DNA from: Callorhinchus milii
Taxonomy: Eukaryota
Direction of reading: 5' to 3'
Assembly: GCF_018977255.1 (NCBI RefSeq)
Contig: NW_024704742.1
Span: forward strand, 56,422,001-56,486,000
DNA: 64,000 nt
Part shown: positions 52,624-64,000 of the stretch, one piece after another
Position numbering within the stretch: the first letter of the stretch is position 1
Layout of the letters: each line of letters begins with the position of its first letter
Program-made: the position numbers and the translations under genes
Notes under the pieces: model-generated
Seen by the model: only the letters and a program-made list of their open reading frames with translations
Database searches by the model: none
Told to the model about the DNA's origin: nothing

Positions 52624-53541
52624 AAATCTCTTCCCTTTGAGTAAAAAAAACTTCCTGATGTCTGTCCTAGACCTTGGTGGAGCAAAATTCCTGTGGGTTG
52701 GCATTATCTTACTTCAAGTTATCAGAAGAAGCACCACTACTTATTAAGGAATCATGTTAAGGAACATCACCAATTTGGCTTTCTATTTTAAATGGTATTG
52801 TATCCTGAACCTTAGTAGCCACTTGTGGCAAAACACTTAATTCTATAATAATCATTGCATTTGGTATAGTATCACAATGGGAGGATATCTCAAAGCGCTT
52901 TGCAGGATTTACTTTGAAGTGGCGGGATTGTGTATTTGTAGGCAAACACGGCAGCTAATTTGCTCACAGGGGTGTCCCACAAACAGCTGTGAAATGAATG
53001 ATCGATTTTATTTGGGGCATTATTGGCCAGCACCCTGGGAGAAATTATTTGATAGTCTAAAAACCCTCTACGTGAAAACGTATATGTTAGTCAAAGCGGG
53101 TTACTTTCAGTTGCAGTCATCCCATTGCAGTAGAATTAAAACATTGTAAATTGTTATTTCATGCAGGATTTGTGAAGCAGATGGTGGAGATTTAAAAAAA
53201 AAAAAATCTGCTATTTTGGGCAATTCTTCACAGAACTTTTTCTGAAACAGTTTGAAATGTTTTGAGTTTACCACAGTGCTACAATAAGATGACTGCATCT
53301 TAAACTGACATCCTGAGGCTTGACTATTCTGTGAAAGCATTTGAGGAGAAAGATTGGTGAAAATCTTTTTGAATTGTCAACCAGAACAAGCCCAGTCAAT
53401 CAACAGAATCATTTGCTAAAATCCTATTTACAAACACTGCTAGGATTGAAAAATGTAGTGACGGGACAGCCAATTTGCACGCAACATTATCCCAACAGTG
53501 TCACATCAATTTTTCACCCCTTGTTGCACATATTACTTATA

Positions 53542-53905
53542 GTGGTCTCAGTAGTCCATTATCTGAGCCAGGCAGGTCCACAATACTCCAAGGCTTTCTT
53601 GATGATAGATCAGCCAGCTAACAGATCTTGGAGATGCAGACCAGTCATTGAAACTTGGGATTCTTCCCACTTAGTGCCCTGCACGCCAAAGCCCCAGTGG
53701 GTTGTGTCATTGAAGTGGACAAGCAGCAGGAAGCTTGCAATTACTTGTAAATGCAAGTTGCATATGTTCAATGAAACTAAAAGCTTCAGCAGTACCCAAA
53801 TGTGAACTCTTGGTTCCCCAAGACTTGATTTTTGCAACATCTTCAGGATTAGGGGGTAAGCAGGATGCAAACCTCTGGGGAGAGAGTGCCCATTCCATGT
53901 CAGAC
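53542..53905 (+). repeat. Unclassified ~650-bp family, diverged copy
   Basis: CTGAGCCAGGCAGGTCCACAATACTCC, TGGACAAGCAGCAGGAAGCTTGC and GAGAGTGCCCATTCCAT align to 55750-56170. Confidence 0.78.
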
Positions 53906-55632
53906 AAATGGAAAGGTGGAAAAATGGTGGAAGTGGAAATCTCAGTAGTTCAGCATTGCCCTGCACAAATTGGCTGCTGAATTTCATGCACACAATGCAA
54001 GGATTATTATTATAAGAAAGGGGATGTTGCTACCCAGTCATGCTGTACTACCATCTGATTTTTNGTTTCCTGATTCATCTACCCTGCCCTATCCACCCCA
54101 CCATCAGTAGGCAAGCTTTTAGCCTTTCTACCCTTTTCTCTCTGGAACTCCACCCAAAAGGCCCTCTGACTCAACTATTCCCTCCACACTTTCAAAGCCT
54201 GCTTCAAAACTTACCTCTATGACCACCCATTTGATCATCTTCCCCCCGTACCCACCCTCTTCATTTCCTCCCCCTCCCCCACTTTGGCAGCTATAAAGCA
54301 CTTTGAGCATCCTCTTAATGTTAAAGGTTCTATATAAATGTATATTATTGCATGTACTTTTGGCACTTACAGTTAGATAAGATGCAACAGAAAGTTCGAA
54401 AATTATCACTAAGCTAATAAGCTGTTGTCAAGTGAGGAATTATTTCAACAATATTGTTGCACACATTGTAGATGGAGGATACAACTTTAAGGAGGAACCA
54501 GAGGATTCTCAGGCAGCAAATTGAGGAATTGAACGTATAGGGAACGTTTGATCTTTCAAAACTGAAAACTTTATTATCCTGGCAGTAGAACACACAGAAT
54601 AGCATTTTATCAGTATTACATAGAACGACTTGTGCAATATTACAGAGACTTACTTTTTACATCACCCCCATGGATCCATCCAACAACAGATGGACAAGGA
54701 AGTTTGCATGGTGATATACTAGGGTTAGGGCATCAGGGAATGGTATGCCAGAAACTTCAAACACATTCCAGATTGGCAGGGTTACAATTCAGAATCCAAT
54801 CTGGATTGGCCTGATTAAAATGTGGGATACTATCCATGTCAAACTGATGCTGACAAATACAGAAAAACAGCAAGAGTTGCTACACAAATTCAAAAAGGTT
54901 TGGGAAAAAATCATTGTTGAGATTGGATTATTAATCAGGCCTCTGACTGAGCTAATAGTGTCCATCAGACTTCTTGTGAGATAGCAGATGGGAAATTGAA
55001 CAGTATAATGAAATCGCACTTGCCACTGTGCAAAAATGACGCAGATTTCAACAGCAGGTCATTTAGATGCCACTGTGATGTTTCCATCCAAAGTGTCATA
55101 ACAAGTGATAGCAGGTGATCAAGAGCAGATGCGGTAAATATTCAACATGTAGCCTATACATGGCAAAATAATAACAAAATGTACGAAATACTAACTGGGT
55201 AAAAAAAAATCCTAATATTTAGACAAGCTGCCCCGCGTGAAGGTTGCTATATCAATACAAGTTGTTGTACTTGTAATATTCACCTTATGTAGTGTACTGA
55301 AATCCTCAACATACTTGTCTTGAGTATATATTCTCAACACTTCAGCAATATTTCACAGGCAATTATGAATGTTTGTTTAAATTAAATAGACTTATAATTG
55401 AGTGGAATGCAAATTAATTGTATAAGTGGTGCCACTGTGGAGTAGAAAACAAATTTCTTTTGGATCATTGTGATAACGAAATGGAAAATGAGACCTTTAC
55501 TGATTTAATATGAATCATCAAATTGCAGTCTGATGCTGCCCCTTGGCTGATGAACAACTGTACTACAGAGGAAAGAAATTCCAAATCAGGAAAGTAAATA
55601 ATGTTAAATATTTTGTCTTTACAACATTTTAA

Positions 55633-56297
55633 TGGCTATCCTCCTTGGAGGGGAGATAAGCGGGGTCTCCTTGGAGCTGAATTGACTCCAAGATGACATG
55701 CCTGACAAGGCAATGTTAGAATCGAGCCAGCTTTCTGTGTCAGCCTTGGTAGTCCGACTCCTGAGCCAGGTGGGTCCACAATATTCAACAGCAACAACTT
55801 GCATTTATATAGCACTCTTCACATGGGGGTAGCATCCCAAAGCGCTTACTCCAGGGCACTGTGGATGACAGCACAACCAGTCTGGCTCATCGACAGGACC
55901 TAGAAGGTGAAAACAGTCATCCCGCTCAGCTCCTGTTAATCCTGCAAGCCAAAGCTCAAAAGGGTAGTGTAGTCCGAGCTGGACAAGCAGCGAGAAAGCT
56001 TGCCAGACAGCAATATCATTGGCAAGCTATGCAGTTTTAGCTGGTCAGATCCCAGCAGTACCTCAGTGCACACTCTGGGTCCCCAAGCCTTGGCTCTTGC
56101 CAACCCTTATTACTTTCCGGAATTAGGTAAGCAAGATGTGTCCCTCCAGAGAAAGAGTGCACATTCCATTCCAACAATGTATCTCTGGGATTTCCATGTG
56201 TAGGTGCGATGCATGGAAATCTCATCTTGCTTTGGATACTCTTAAGCATAGTGATGGGTTTCCCCATGTGCCAGACACATGGCTGACCAAAAAAAAA
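55633..56297 (+). repeat. Unclassified ~650-bp family, most complete copy (L2 tail inserted at ~55787-55846)
   Basis: Starts TGGCTATCCTCC and ends GGCTGACC-A9; aligns to eight other loci in the window. Confidence 0.88.
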
Positions 56298-56677
56298 GAT
56301 TTCACATGTCCTGAATACATCACACCTTTGTCCTGATTGTCACACCTAATCAAGAAAATCTTTTTTTTTGCAGCTTAATGCCAATTTGTACTGGACATAG
56401 CATTGGGAAAAATATTGCAGGATAAATATTTCTTTACTCCACACCAGGAGGGGATGTCCATCACTGAGTATCTAGTTTGTTCTGAGAACCACCCTCACCC
56501 TGAAATGACCATTCTTATTTTGTAAAATGTAGGCTTTGTATCCTTTTGGCTTCATATGAAAAGATTTTCATATTCCAGCAAGAGATACAAAGTGCAAGAA
56601 CACGATGATGGTAAAGTAGAAATGTTCACTTGTGTTGATTGCAAATTCTTTGGAGCCGAGAGAACTATGGGTCACTA

Positions 56678-56942
56678 ACAACAACAACAACAACAGCAAC
56701 AGGAAAATTACATTTGTATAGCGCTTTTCATGTCCCAAGATTCTGGACAATCAATGTTTCAGACCCGTGCTGGAGCTCGGGATTGGTGAGGGTGGAGGGA
56801 ATCGAAGGAGGGTCTTGAGACAGGTCTTGAAGGAGGTAAAGGAGGGGGCGAGGCGGAGGGACTGCGGGATGGAGTTCCAGAAGGTGGGGTGAGAGTGGCT
56901 GAAGGCCTGTCCGCCAATGGTGGGGCAGGCGAGGCGGGGGAT
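56678..56942 (-). mobile_element. L2 3' fragment
   Basis: (CAA)n tail on the plus strand and homology to 14700-14945. Confidence 0.85.
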
Positions 56943-57049
56943 AATAACATCAATTTAAATTTATTTAGCAACTTTCATATTGGGAGGATGTCTTAAAGCT
57001 CTTCACACAACCAACAGGCTGTAGATTTCAATGTTTATTTTGTTTTCAT

Positions 57050-57432
57050 CTTCAAGTTCAAAATCTTAGATCTCATGATCAAATCCCTCCATGCCCTTGC
57101 CCTAGCCTAACTCTGCGACCTCCTTCAACCACTCCGACCCAGCCCCAGGCCCACCGTTTGCTCAGCAACCCTGCTTCATGCCTTCCTGCCCTATCATCCC
57201 CATCATTGTTGGTGGGGCTTTCGATTATTCTACTCCCACTCTCTGAAACTCCATCCCAAATGGACTTCCTTCCTCTACTTCCTTCTCGCTCGTTCAAAGT
57301 CCTTCTCAAGATGTATCTCTTCCACCATGCTTTGGTCATCCTTCACCTTCCCACCCACTTCGGCTCCCACCCCCAACCCAGGTGCCCATCCCACAGTGTC
57401 AAGTGTTTTGAGACGGCCTCCTGATTCTATAT
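57050..57432 (+). mobile_element. L2 3' fragment
   Basis: Begins KFKILDLMIKSLHALA and ends in an L2-type tail. Confidence 0.75.
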
Positions 57433-58394
57433 AGATCATATTTGAAAATTGAGAGACTGTTTGCAAAAGGCAGGAGTCAATTGTTATATTGGTTTTTTTT
57501 CAGTTTTTTTCAATTCTGTGTCTACAAATAAATCAGCTTGTTGTATTCAACTGATTCTCTCAGCTTCTTGAATAACCCATCCTTAGAGTATTTGTACTTA
57601 GAAATCATTCATGCTAACATTTTATCCAGCATAAACTGTATTGGATAAAATATGAGATGTTCCCAGGGATGATTGGAATGCATTAGATTAGTAATGTGTA
57701 CTGAACTGAAAATATTTCATGTGTTGAGTTTTAGAAATAGACATTGTGAAGCAAAATGTTATTTCAGATCTCAATCAAAGGTGTGGACAGTCCTAGATTA
57801 TGATTGATTCCAACCTCTCTATCACACTCAAATTAGCTCGTACCAACCACCCTTATAAGCAGGTCTTGCAGTGACACCTCACTCTTGCTTATGGAGTACA
57901 GTATTCATTTTGAAATTTGAAAGTCATTACTTTTTGAAACACAAAGCTTTCGTATGAAAAGTTTCTTCAACCAAGGATTTTTTTTTCAATGTTATGAAGC
58001 GTTTGTCAAAATTGCATTATTTATTATTCCTGCATTTAAGCAATGCCCTAATCTTTGGTCCAGTGTGCTACACCATTTCAGAGATAGCATGCAAGTTTTA
58101 TAGCTTTACTATTACAAAATGTGATTAAAATGAATCCATTCTTTTCTTCTACAGTCAAAGTTAATTTTAAAGAATAATTTTAATAATTAAAAAAATGCAG
58201 GAGCCCAAGTGGGTATGCCTGAATACACATAGATGCATCGTTATATGAAATATATGAAGTATTGATTAACTCAACAAGAATAATTTAATAGACAAATTGT
58301 TCTCAAAGCAAATATTATATCATTTGTAGTTTTTCAAAAGCAAATAATATATGGCTTATGATATTTTAACAGCCAATGACCTATGACACCTGGA

Positions 58395-58610
58395 TTTCGT
58401 TTTCCTGGGGTGGATGGGAAAGCTATTGAATTCTCTAATAAGTCTGATATAACTAAACATATCGAGGAGAGTATCATTAAAAGAAGCCTCATAGGGTTCA
58501 TGAAGGGATGGCTTTATCAATCCATTTATTGAATGAGTAAAGTAGATAAGGAAAAAATGGGTATGGTGTATATGATTTTCCAGAAGTGCTTTGATAAGTT
58601 GCCACATTCG
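58395..58610 (+). mobile_element. CR1 RT N-terminal fragment
   Basis: GKLLNSLI, GFMKG and DFPEVL/AFDKLPH-like segments, frameshifted. Confidence 0.6.
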
Positions 58611-58664
58611 AATCTGAATGTGGCTGAAATCAGGGCAAGGCAGGACCTGTAAATGGAGTCCCGT

Positions 58665-59043
58665 GGAGTTCTGTAACTTAATGGTTAGAGCACATGCCTT
58701 GCAAGTGAGAGGACCTGGGTTTGATTCCTGGTCAGGGCAAAACGTTGGGTAAGTTTCCTTACTCCACACTCCTGTTTACCCAGCAGAAGTAGGATTCTGG
58801 TTGTTAGTCAATGGGCGGATCATTTTTCCAGGGGTAATAATCCGTTTAAAAGCAAACAATAATAAATTGGTCATTTTCAATCCACGACTGTTTGTGGGAC
58901 ACTGCTGTGCGCAATTGGCTGCCGTGTTTCACCCACATATTATAGTCAATTGACTTGACAGTATATTCTATGAAGCGCTTTGTGAACGTCTCGAAGAAGT
59001 GATAATGCGCTATATCGAATGCAAGGATTATTTATTATTATTA
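58665..59043 (+). mobile_element. tRNA-derived SINE, long variant
   Basis: Head, extra internal segment and (TTA)n tail. Confidence 0.88.
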
Positions 59044-60424
59044 AATTATTGGAGTTTAAACACACAGTCTAACTAGGGCAGGCTGACACGGATGTTCAAG
59101 ATTTTATGGCACTAATTAAATAGAAAGGCATCCCTCCCAGTTTTGTGGCCGACAAGCCCCTAAATAAAATTGATAATTTATTTCATGCTTATTTGTATGC
59201 CATTGCTGGATGCAGATTGGTTGTTACTGTCACCTATAAAATGTAGTCATTGCATTTTACAATAAATTTTCTGAGATATTTTGTGATGTTTCAATGACAT
59301 GATAAAAGTACTATATTACTTGCATTTTATTACCTGATAATGGTCTTTGTTTTCAGACACTGTAAACATTACATTTATATAGACAGATACAATAAGCATC
59401 AACTTCTTCTAGAGATGGGTTGTTGCATAAAACGTGTTTCTGCCTTCTGGGCACCAAGGATCAGTATCAACCATTTCCAGATGAAGTAAAGTGTAAACCC
59501 AAGCAGAGTAAAGTTCCTCATAATGTGCTTCCATTCCAATCCAGAATACAATCCATTTTGCATCAGTATGACTTTTTCCATTTGTGACACAGCTGCCCTT
59601 ATGCCCTCTCAAAATCAAAATTGGTAAATCAGTATGCAGTCAGCCCTTTGTCAACAGAACAGAAATTACATTGTTAAATCCCATTTCAATTAGGAACCTC
59701 ACAGACAACAGGAGTCTTTCTATCCCAACCAGAATGAGCTCAATTTGAGCCTAAATCTCAAAGGTAAAAAGGTTATTTGAGTGAATGTATGCCTTCATTC
59801 CTAAAACAGGCCAATTTAAGTTCTCTGTTGAAGGGTCTTCATGAACATTTACATGACAAACTGTGTTCTATTTGTTACAAGCATAACTCAATGACCTAAA
59901 TCTGATTCAAATGCATAATTTGTATGAGTTGCCCCCAATGTAACTAATGCACATTTTTCATTTCTATTCTCAAACAAATACTTGATTTGATTGCAATTGC
60001 TTTCAAACTACAAAAGCATCAAATATTGGAGCTTGTGTCCAGCATAGAAAACGCTTGATGGCAAAACAGAATTGGAACATTGCTGTGTTTTGGTTTAATT
60101 AAACTTTTTCTACTAATGATTGCCCACACAATAGCAACTCCAAACTAAAACTGTGTGAGTAGCCAATCACCAAACCATTGATTAGCGGCTGATAAACGTA
60201 ATGTTCAGAAATACTGAAGAAAATGTAGTTGAAAAATATAAGATTGGTTAACAGCTCACAGTAATTAAAATTGTAATGACATTTAGCAATCATAAAAAAG
60301 CTACAGCACAAAATCATATATCAGGATGTGATGAAAAACTTCTTAGATGTTTGCTGCATCATTTCAACAGCACGATTGGTAAAATACATATAGAACCTGG
60401 CCAAGTCTTCTCCCAATCAAGGGT

Positions 60425-60585
60425 TTATTTTCTTCTGTGAAGTTCTATCCAGATGCCATTTTGTGGTCGCAGGATGAGTTCTCCCATAAGCACTAAGTCC
60501 TCTCGGCACTGCTTCGCCTCCACATGAAATCGACGGAGAATAGTGGATAAGATTACCTTCTCCTCCATTATCGCAAACCGTTGAC
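60425..60585 (-). CDS. CYP4V2: CYP4V2-like last coding exon: [53 protein letters not shown]
   Basis: Not in the ORF track; read manually. Acceptor aatgaag|GTCAACGG completes the heme motif (CI-G-QRFA). The LILRPxNGIWI C-terminus is typical of CYP4V. TAA stop at 60425-60427. Confidence 0.93.
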
Positions 60586-61967
60586 CTTCATTTAGTGAAA
60601 GTTAAATAGACTTATTATTTCAAGATATGAATAACTTGCATTTATATAGCACCCTTCACGAGGGGGAGCATCTCAGAGAACAATACTTTAGGTGCACCAA
60701 GACAGTAGAACAAGAGAACATGGGTTTAGAGTTGCAAAAGGAAATTTCAAGACAGGCACCAGGAAGTTTTTCATTAATTAATGATTAATTACTTGTCAGA
60801 GAATAATTAATGATTGGAACAAGCTGCCAGGAAGGATGGTTAAGGCCAGGACACTGGACTCATTTAAAAAATAGCTTGACAGTGTGATAGGAGGAGAGTA
60901 GGGTGGATGTTCTGAGATCGGCCTTCTTTATCCAACCAACCTTGTGTCACGGACCTTATGTGAAAAAGGGAAAAGAGTTTCTCCCACTGTCATGATGAAG
61001 AATTTCTAGATAAAGTGGGCATAAAGACATACTATATCAAGTGCAAGGATTATTATTATTATTATTATTATTTAAAACCTTGCAGTGGGCAAAATACTTC
61101 ATGGTAGTAAGCTTAAGATGATTATCTTATGATTCAAGATTGTGCAGCATTGTGGAAAATTATTAAATTCAGTTTGAATTTGAAAGCCGTTTTTCTGCTG
61201 TTACTTTTTTTTAGGACCTTTTTTCCCCCCTAAACTATGGGAGTGTAATAGGCCTAGGATACTGGAACTCTGGCTGTATTTTTTTCCTTTCCAAGATCAG
61301 TGGCATTAGAGATCAATTTTACATCTCTCCACTCCGACAGCTGAGATCAGCACAAACCAGGGATTGAACCTGGAACATTTGTGGTCTCTGTAGTTCACCA
61401 AGTACCACACATACAATTCTTGATAATTATCTTTTCTTTTTATAATCATTTTGACCGCTTTAAAAAGAGTGGAAAATACTTAAAAGAGGATATCCGTGTA
61501 AGGAATTTTTAAAAGCTAATGGGGGCTAAAATTCGACCTGGGTCTAGATTTACACTATTTAAGTAACATTTTAAAGTGTCCAGAATTTGGCAAGTTGTTG
61601 TAATCAATCTTAACTTAAAAGACTTAAAAGAAACAGATTTCAAAATTACGGTCATATTTAAGAATTTGCAACATTGTGGACACTCGAAAATGCTACATAA
61701 ACAGAGTAAATCTAGATCCAAGTGGAATTTTCCCTCACATATTCTTTGCAACATTTAATACGTTTGCATTATTTGCTCAAGAACTTTGACAACAGAAATA
61801 TTTTTACAAGATAAAAGTCTTATCTGATGGATGCTTAACATTTAAATTGCTTACTTGATTATCACTGAGCCATAGAGCTGAGATTTCAAGATAAATCACT
61901 GAAAAAATGCAAATTACATGCGCTGTGCAGCACTGGTTGTGTTATCTATATTGAATGCAGTACATAC

Positions 61968-62147
61968 CTATGCAGTTTCGAATGCCAGCAGAAAATGGAA
62001 TAAATGCATATGGATTTAGTTTACTTGAATTCTCAAGTAAAAATCGCTCAGGCTTGAATTCCTCTGGTTCTGGAAAATATGTAGGATCTCGGTGTAGGAC
62101 ATAAGGAACAATAATAGCATTGACTCCTTTGGGAACCTTAAAGCCTC
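61968..62147 (-). CDS. CYP4V2: CYP4V2-like exon (equivalent to human exon 10): [60 protein letters not shown]
   Basis: Acceptor ttttaccttacag|GAGGC, donor ATAG|gtatgt, 180 bp. LHRDP and PERF motifs and the heme signature FSAGIRNCI(G). Confidence 0.95.
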
Positions 62148-62504
62148 CTGTAAGGTAAAAGTAGTGTGTTAAACAATGCATTATTGATGACATCAGCTTG
62201 TGGAAGAAAATTATAAAGAAACTAAAAATTATAGCATGCCTTTAATAACTTATAAAATTAGAAATTATAATAACAATAATCCTTGCATTTGATATAGCAC
62301 CTTTTTGTTGGGAGGAAGTCTCAAATCGTTTCACAAGGCTTATTGTAAAGCGCCTTGGGACATTTTCCTGACGTGAAAAGCTTTATACAAATGTAATTTG
62401 TTGTTGTTGTAGTGACTGTATTTTTATAATCACTTTATACAGACCACTACAACACGGTTAGCAACAGGAGTCCTGTTGAAAATATCTTAACTTCATACAG
62501 AATT

Positions 62505-62855
62505 TGGAATTCATGTAGTATAAGCTGACACTCCAATACAATGCATGAGTGTGCTGCAATGTTGGAGGTGGATGAGATGTTAAACTTTAATGTCTGCCTG
62601 TTCAGATGGACATTAAAGATCCCATGATACTATTCAAAAAGAGAAGCGAGTTTCTCCCGGTGTACTGGTCAACAAATCCCCCAGATAAAACAAACATCTA
62701 ATTGAACCAATGGCACCTCCAGCGATGTAGCACACCCCCAGCATGAGAATATAGGGTAAAATTAGACAATATTAGTTCAAAGTTTCAACGAGGAGCTTGA
62801 ATCTACAATCTTCTGACTCATACAGAAGTGCCACCAACTGAGCCAGGCTGACACA
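62505..62855. mobile_element. Two opposed old Deu-SINE fragments inside a CYP4V2 intron
   Basis: Plus strand has CAGATGGACATTAAAGATCCCATGATACTATTC; the minus-strand head appears as CCAACTGAGCCAGGCTGACAC. Confidence 0.7.
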
Positions 62856-63131
62856 ACTGACACAGCCTGATAATTTATAGTAACATGTTGTGGAGCAATT
62901 TGAGACATCCTCCTGAAGTGAAAGGCACTATACAAATGTAATTTGTTGTTTTGTTGAAAGTATTATTAAAATCCCTTTGCTTTGTGCCTTCTCTCAGTTT
63001 TCAAAACTCTCACATCCCTTGTCTCTTTGACCGTTGCATTTGATAATCTCCCAAACCCCCTCCCTAATACCCCAAATTCTCAAGCTTGGCCAGTGCTTTC
63101 CACATGTGATCAAACAAACAAAGAAACTTAC

Positions 63132-63266
63132 TGATATAGCAATCCTCACATAGAGTACGCGCAAAAAATGGGACAGAGGGGAACAGGCGCAGAGATTCCT
63201 TGATAACACACTGAAGAAAGTGTAGATTTTTTAGATCCTCCATTGTAACAGCACGATCAGAATTAC
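63132..63266 (-). CDS. CYP4V2: CYP4V2-like exon (equivalent to human exon 9): [45 protein letters not shown]
   Basis: Acceptor tcag|GTAAT, donor ATCA|gtaagt, 135 bp. K-helix ExxR motif (KESLR) followed by LFPSVP. Confidence 0.95.
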
Positions 63267-63745
63267 CTGATGGAGAACACAATCAAATCTAAATTACTAT
63301 GATGTAAATTATAGGACAAATCAATCTTACAAAGACATTTGATAAAAACATGTACAAGCTGTTTATTACACTTAAATCTAAGCTTTTACTGAAATGTATT
63401 ACTAATGTATATTATTTAGATGAAAAAGCTTAATTAAATCAAACACAATTGCAAAATGAATCCAAACAAAGTACTGTATTGGTGGGTTTATCTGAAAGAA
63501 TTATTTGCTCAATGAAACAAGGGAATCAAAATATGAGAATATTGCACTCTTTTCTGATTTCTAAATTCATTGCTAACTCACATCCCCAGGGTAAATAATA
63601 TTAGGAAAAGAACAAACTTACATTGGGCACTAATAGGATTTCATTATTATAGTCACATTTCGGCAAAGGTGCTACACATAAGACTGACTGAAATTTGTAC
63701 TCTAAAGTCCATAAATAGTAATCACCCCAGTGAGTCTGACCTTAC

Positions 63746-63848
63746 CAAATACATCATCCAGCTCTTTGTGTACCTTCTTCAGAACATTAGGATGAGATCC
63801 TAAGAGGTGGAGAGTCCAGTTTAAGGCAGCAGCTGTTGTATCATGACC
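63746..63848 (-). CDS. CYP4V2: CYP4V2-like P450, internal exon (equivalent to human exon 8): [34 protein letters not shown]
   Basis: Not in the ORF track; read manually. Acceptor ttttctctttttgttcag|GGTCATGAT, donor TTTG|gtaagg, 103 bp. Carries the CYP4 I-helix GHDTT motif and is in phase with the next exon. Confidence 0.93.
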
Positions 63849-64000
63849 CTGAACAAAAAGAGAAAAAAAACCAATTGTATGAACATATAAATCTTCTGCC
63901 AGAGTATTATTAATTTAGAACTACCAGCATAACAAATACACAGTAGGGGTGGTTGCCATAAGCACTGTGCAAGATGATGTCTCAACTCACATGTAGAACA

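Noticed and set aside
54767..54805. 10-bp inverted repeat TCCAGATTGG...CCAATCTGGA
   Set aside because: Single short occurrence with no supporting context.

Overview
Repeat-rich, AT-rich vertebrate genomic DNA. The repeat content (tRNA/Deu-domain SINEs with L2-type tails, L2, CR1, a Penelope-type palindrome) points to a cartilaginous fish, possibly a holocephalan; this is inference. The only host protein-coding sequence I can support is the 3' part of a CYP4V2-like cytochrome P450 on the minus strand: four exons at 63848-63746, 63266-63132, 62147-61968 and 60585-60425, all with GT-AG sites and in phase, carrying the GHDTT, ExxR, PERF and FxxGxRxCxG motifs. The other ~60 kb downstream looks intergenic and is dominated by retroelements: one apparently full-length but frameshifted L2 LINE (10.1-13.7 kb), many truncated L2 and CR1 pieces, young and old SINEs, and candidate solo LTRs. 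The most interesting observations are: (1) a ~650-bp non-coding dispersed repeat family I cannot name, with about 9 copies here, a fixed 5' end, a conserved hairpin and an A-rich 3' end; (2) a Penelope-type palindrome with a minimal hammerhead-ribozyme core; (3) a scrambled SINE and a CR1 fold-back; (4) no recognisable KLKB1/F11 exons downstream of CYP4V2. I see no evidence of a novel protein-coding system. Repeat boundaries were read by eye and are approximate.
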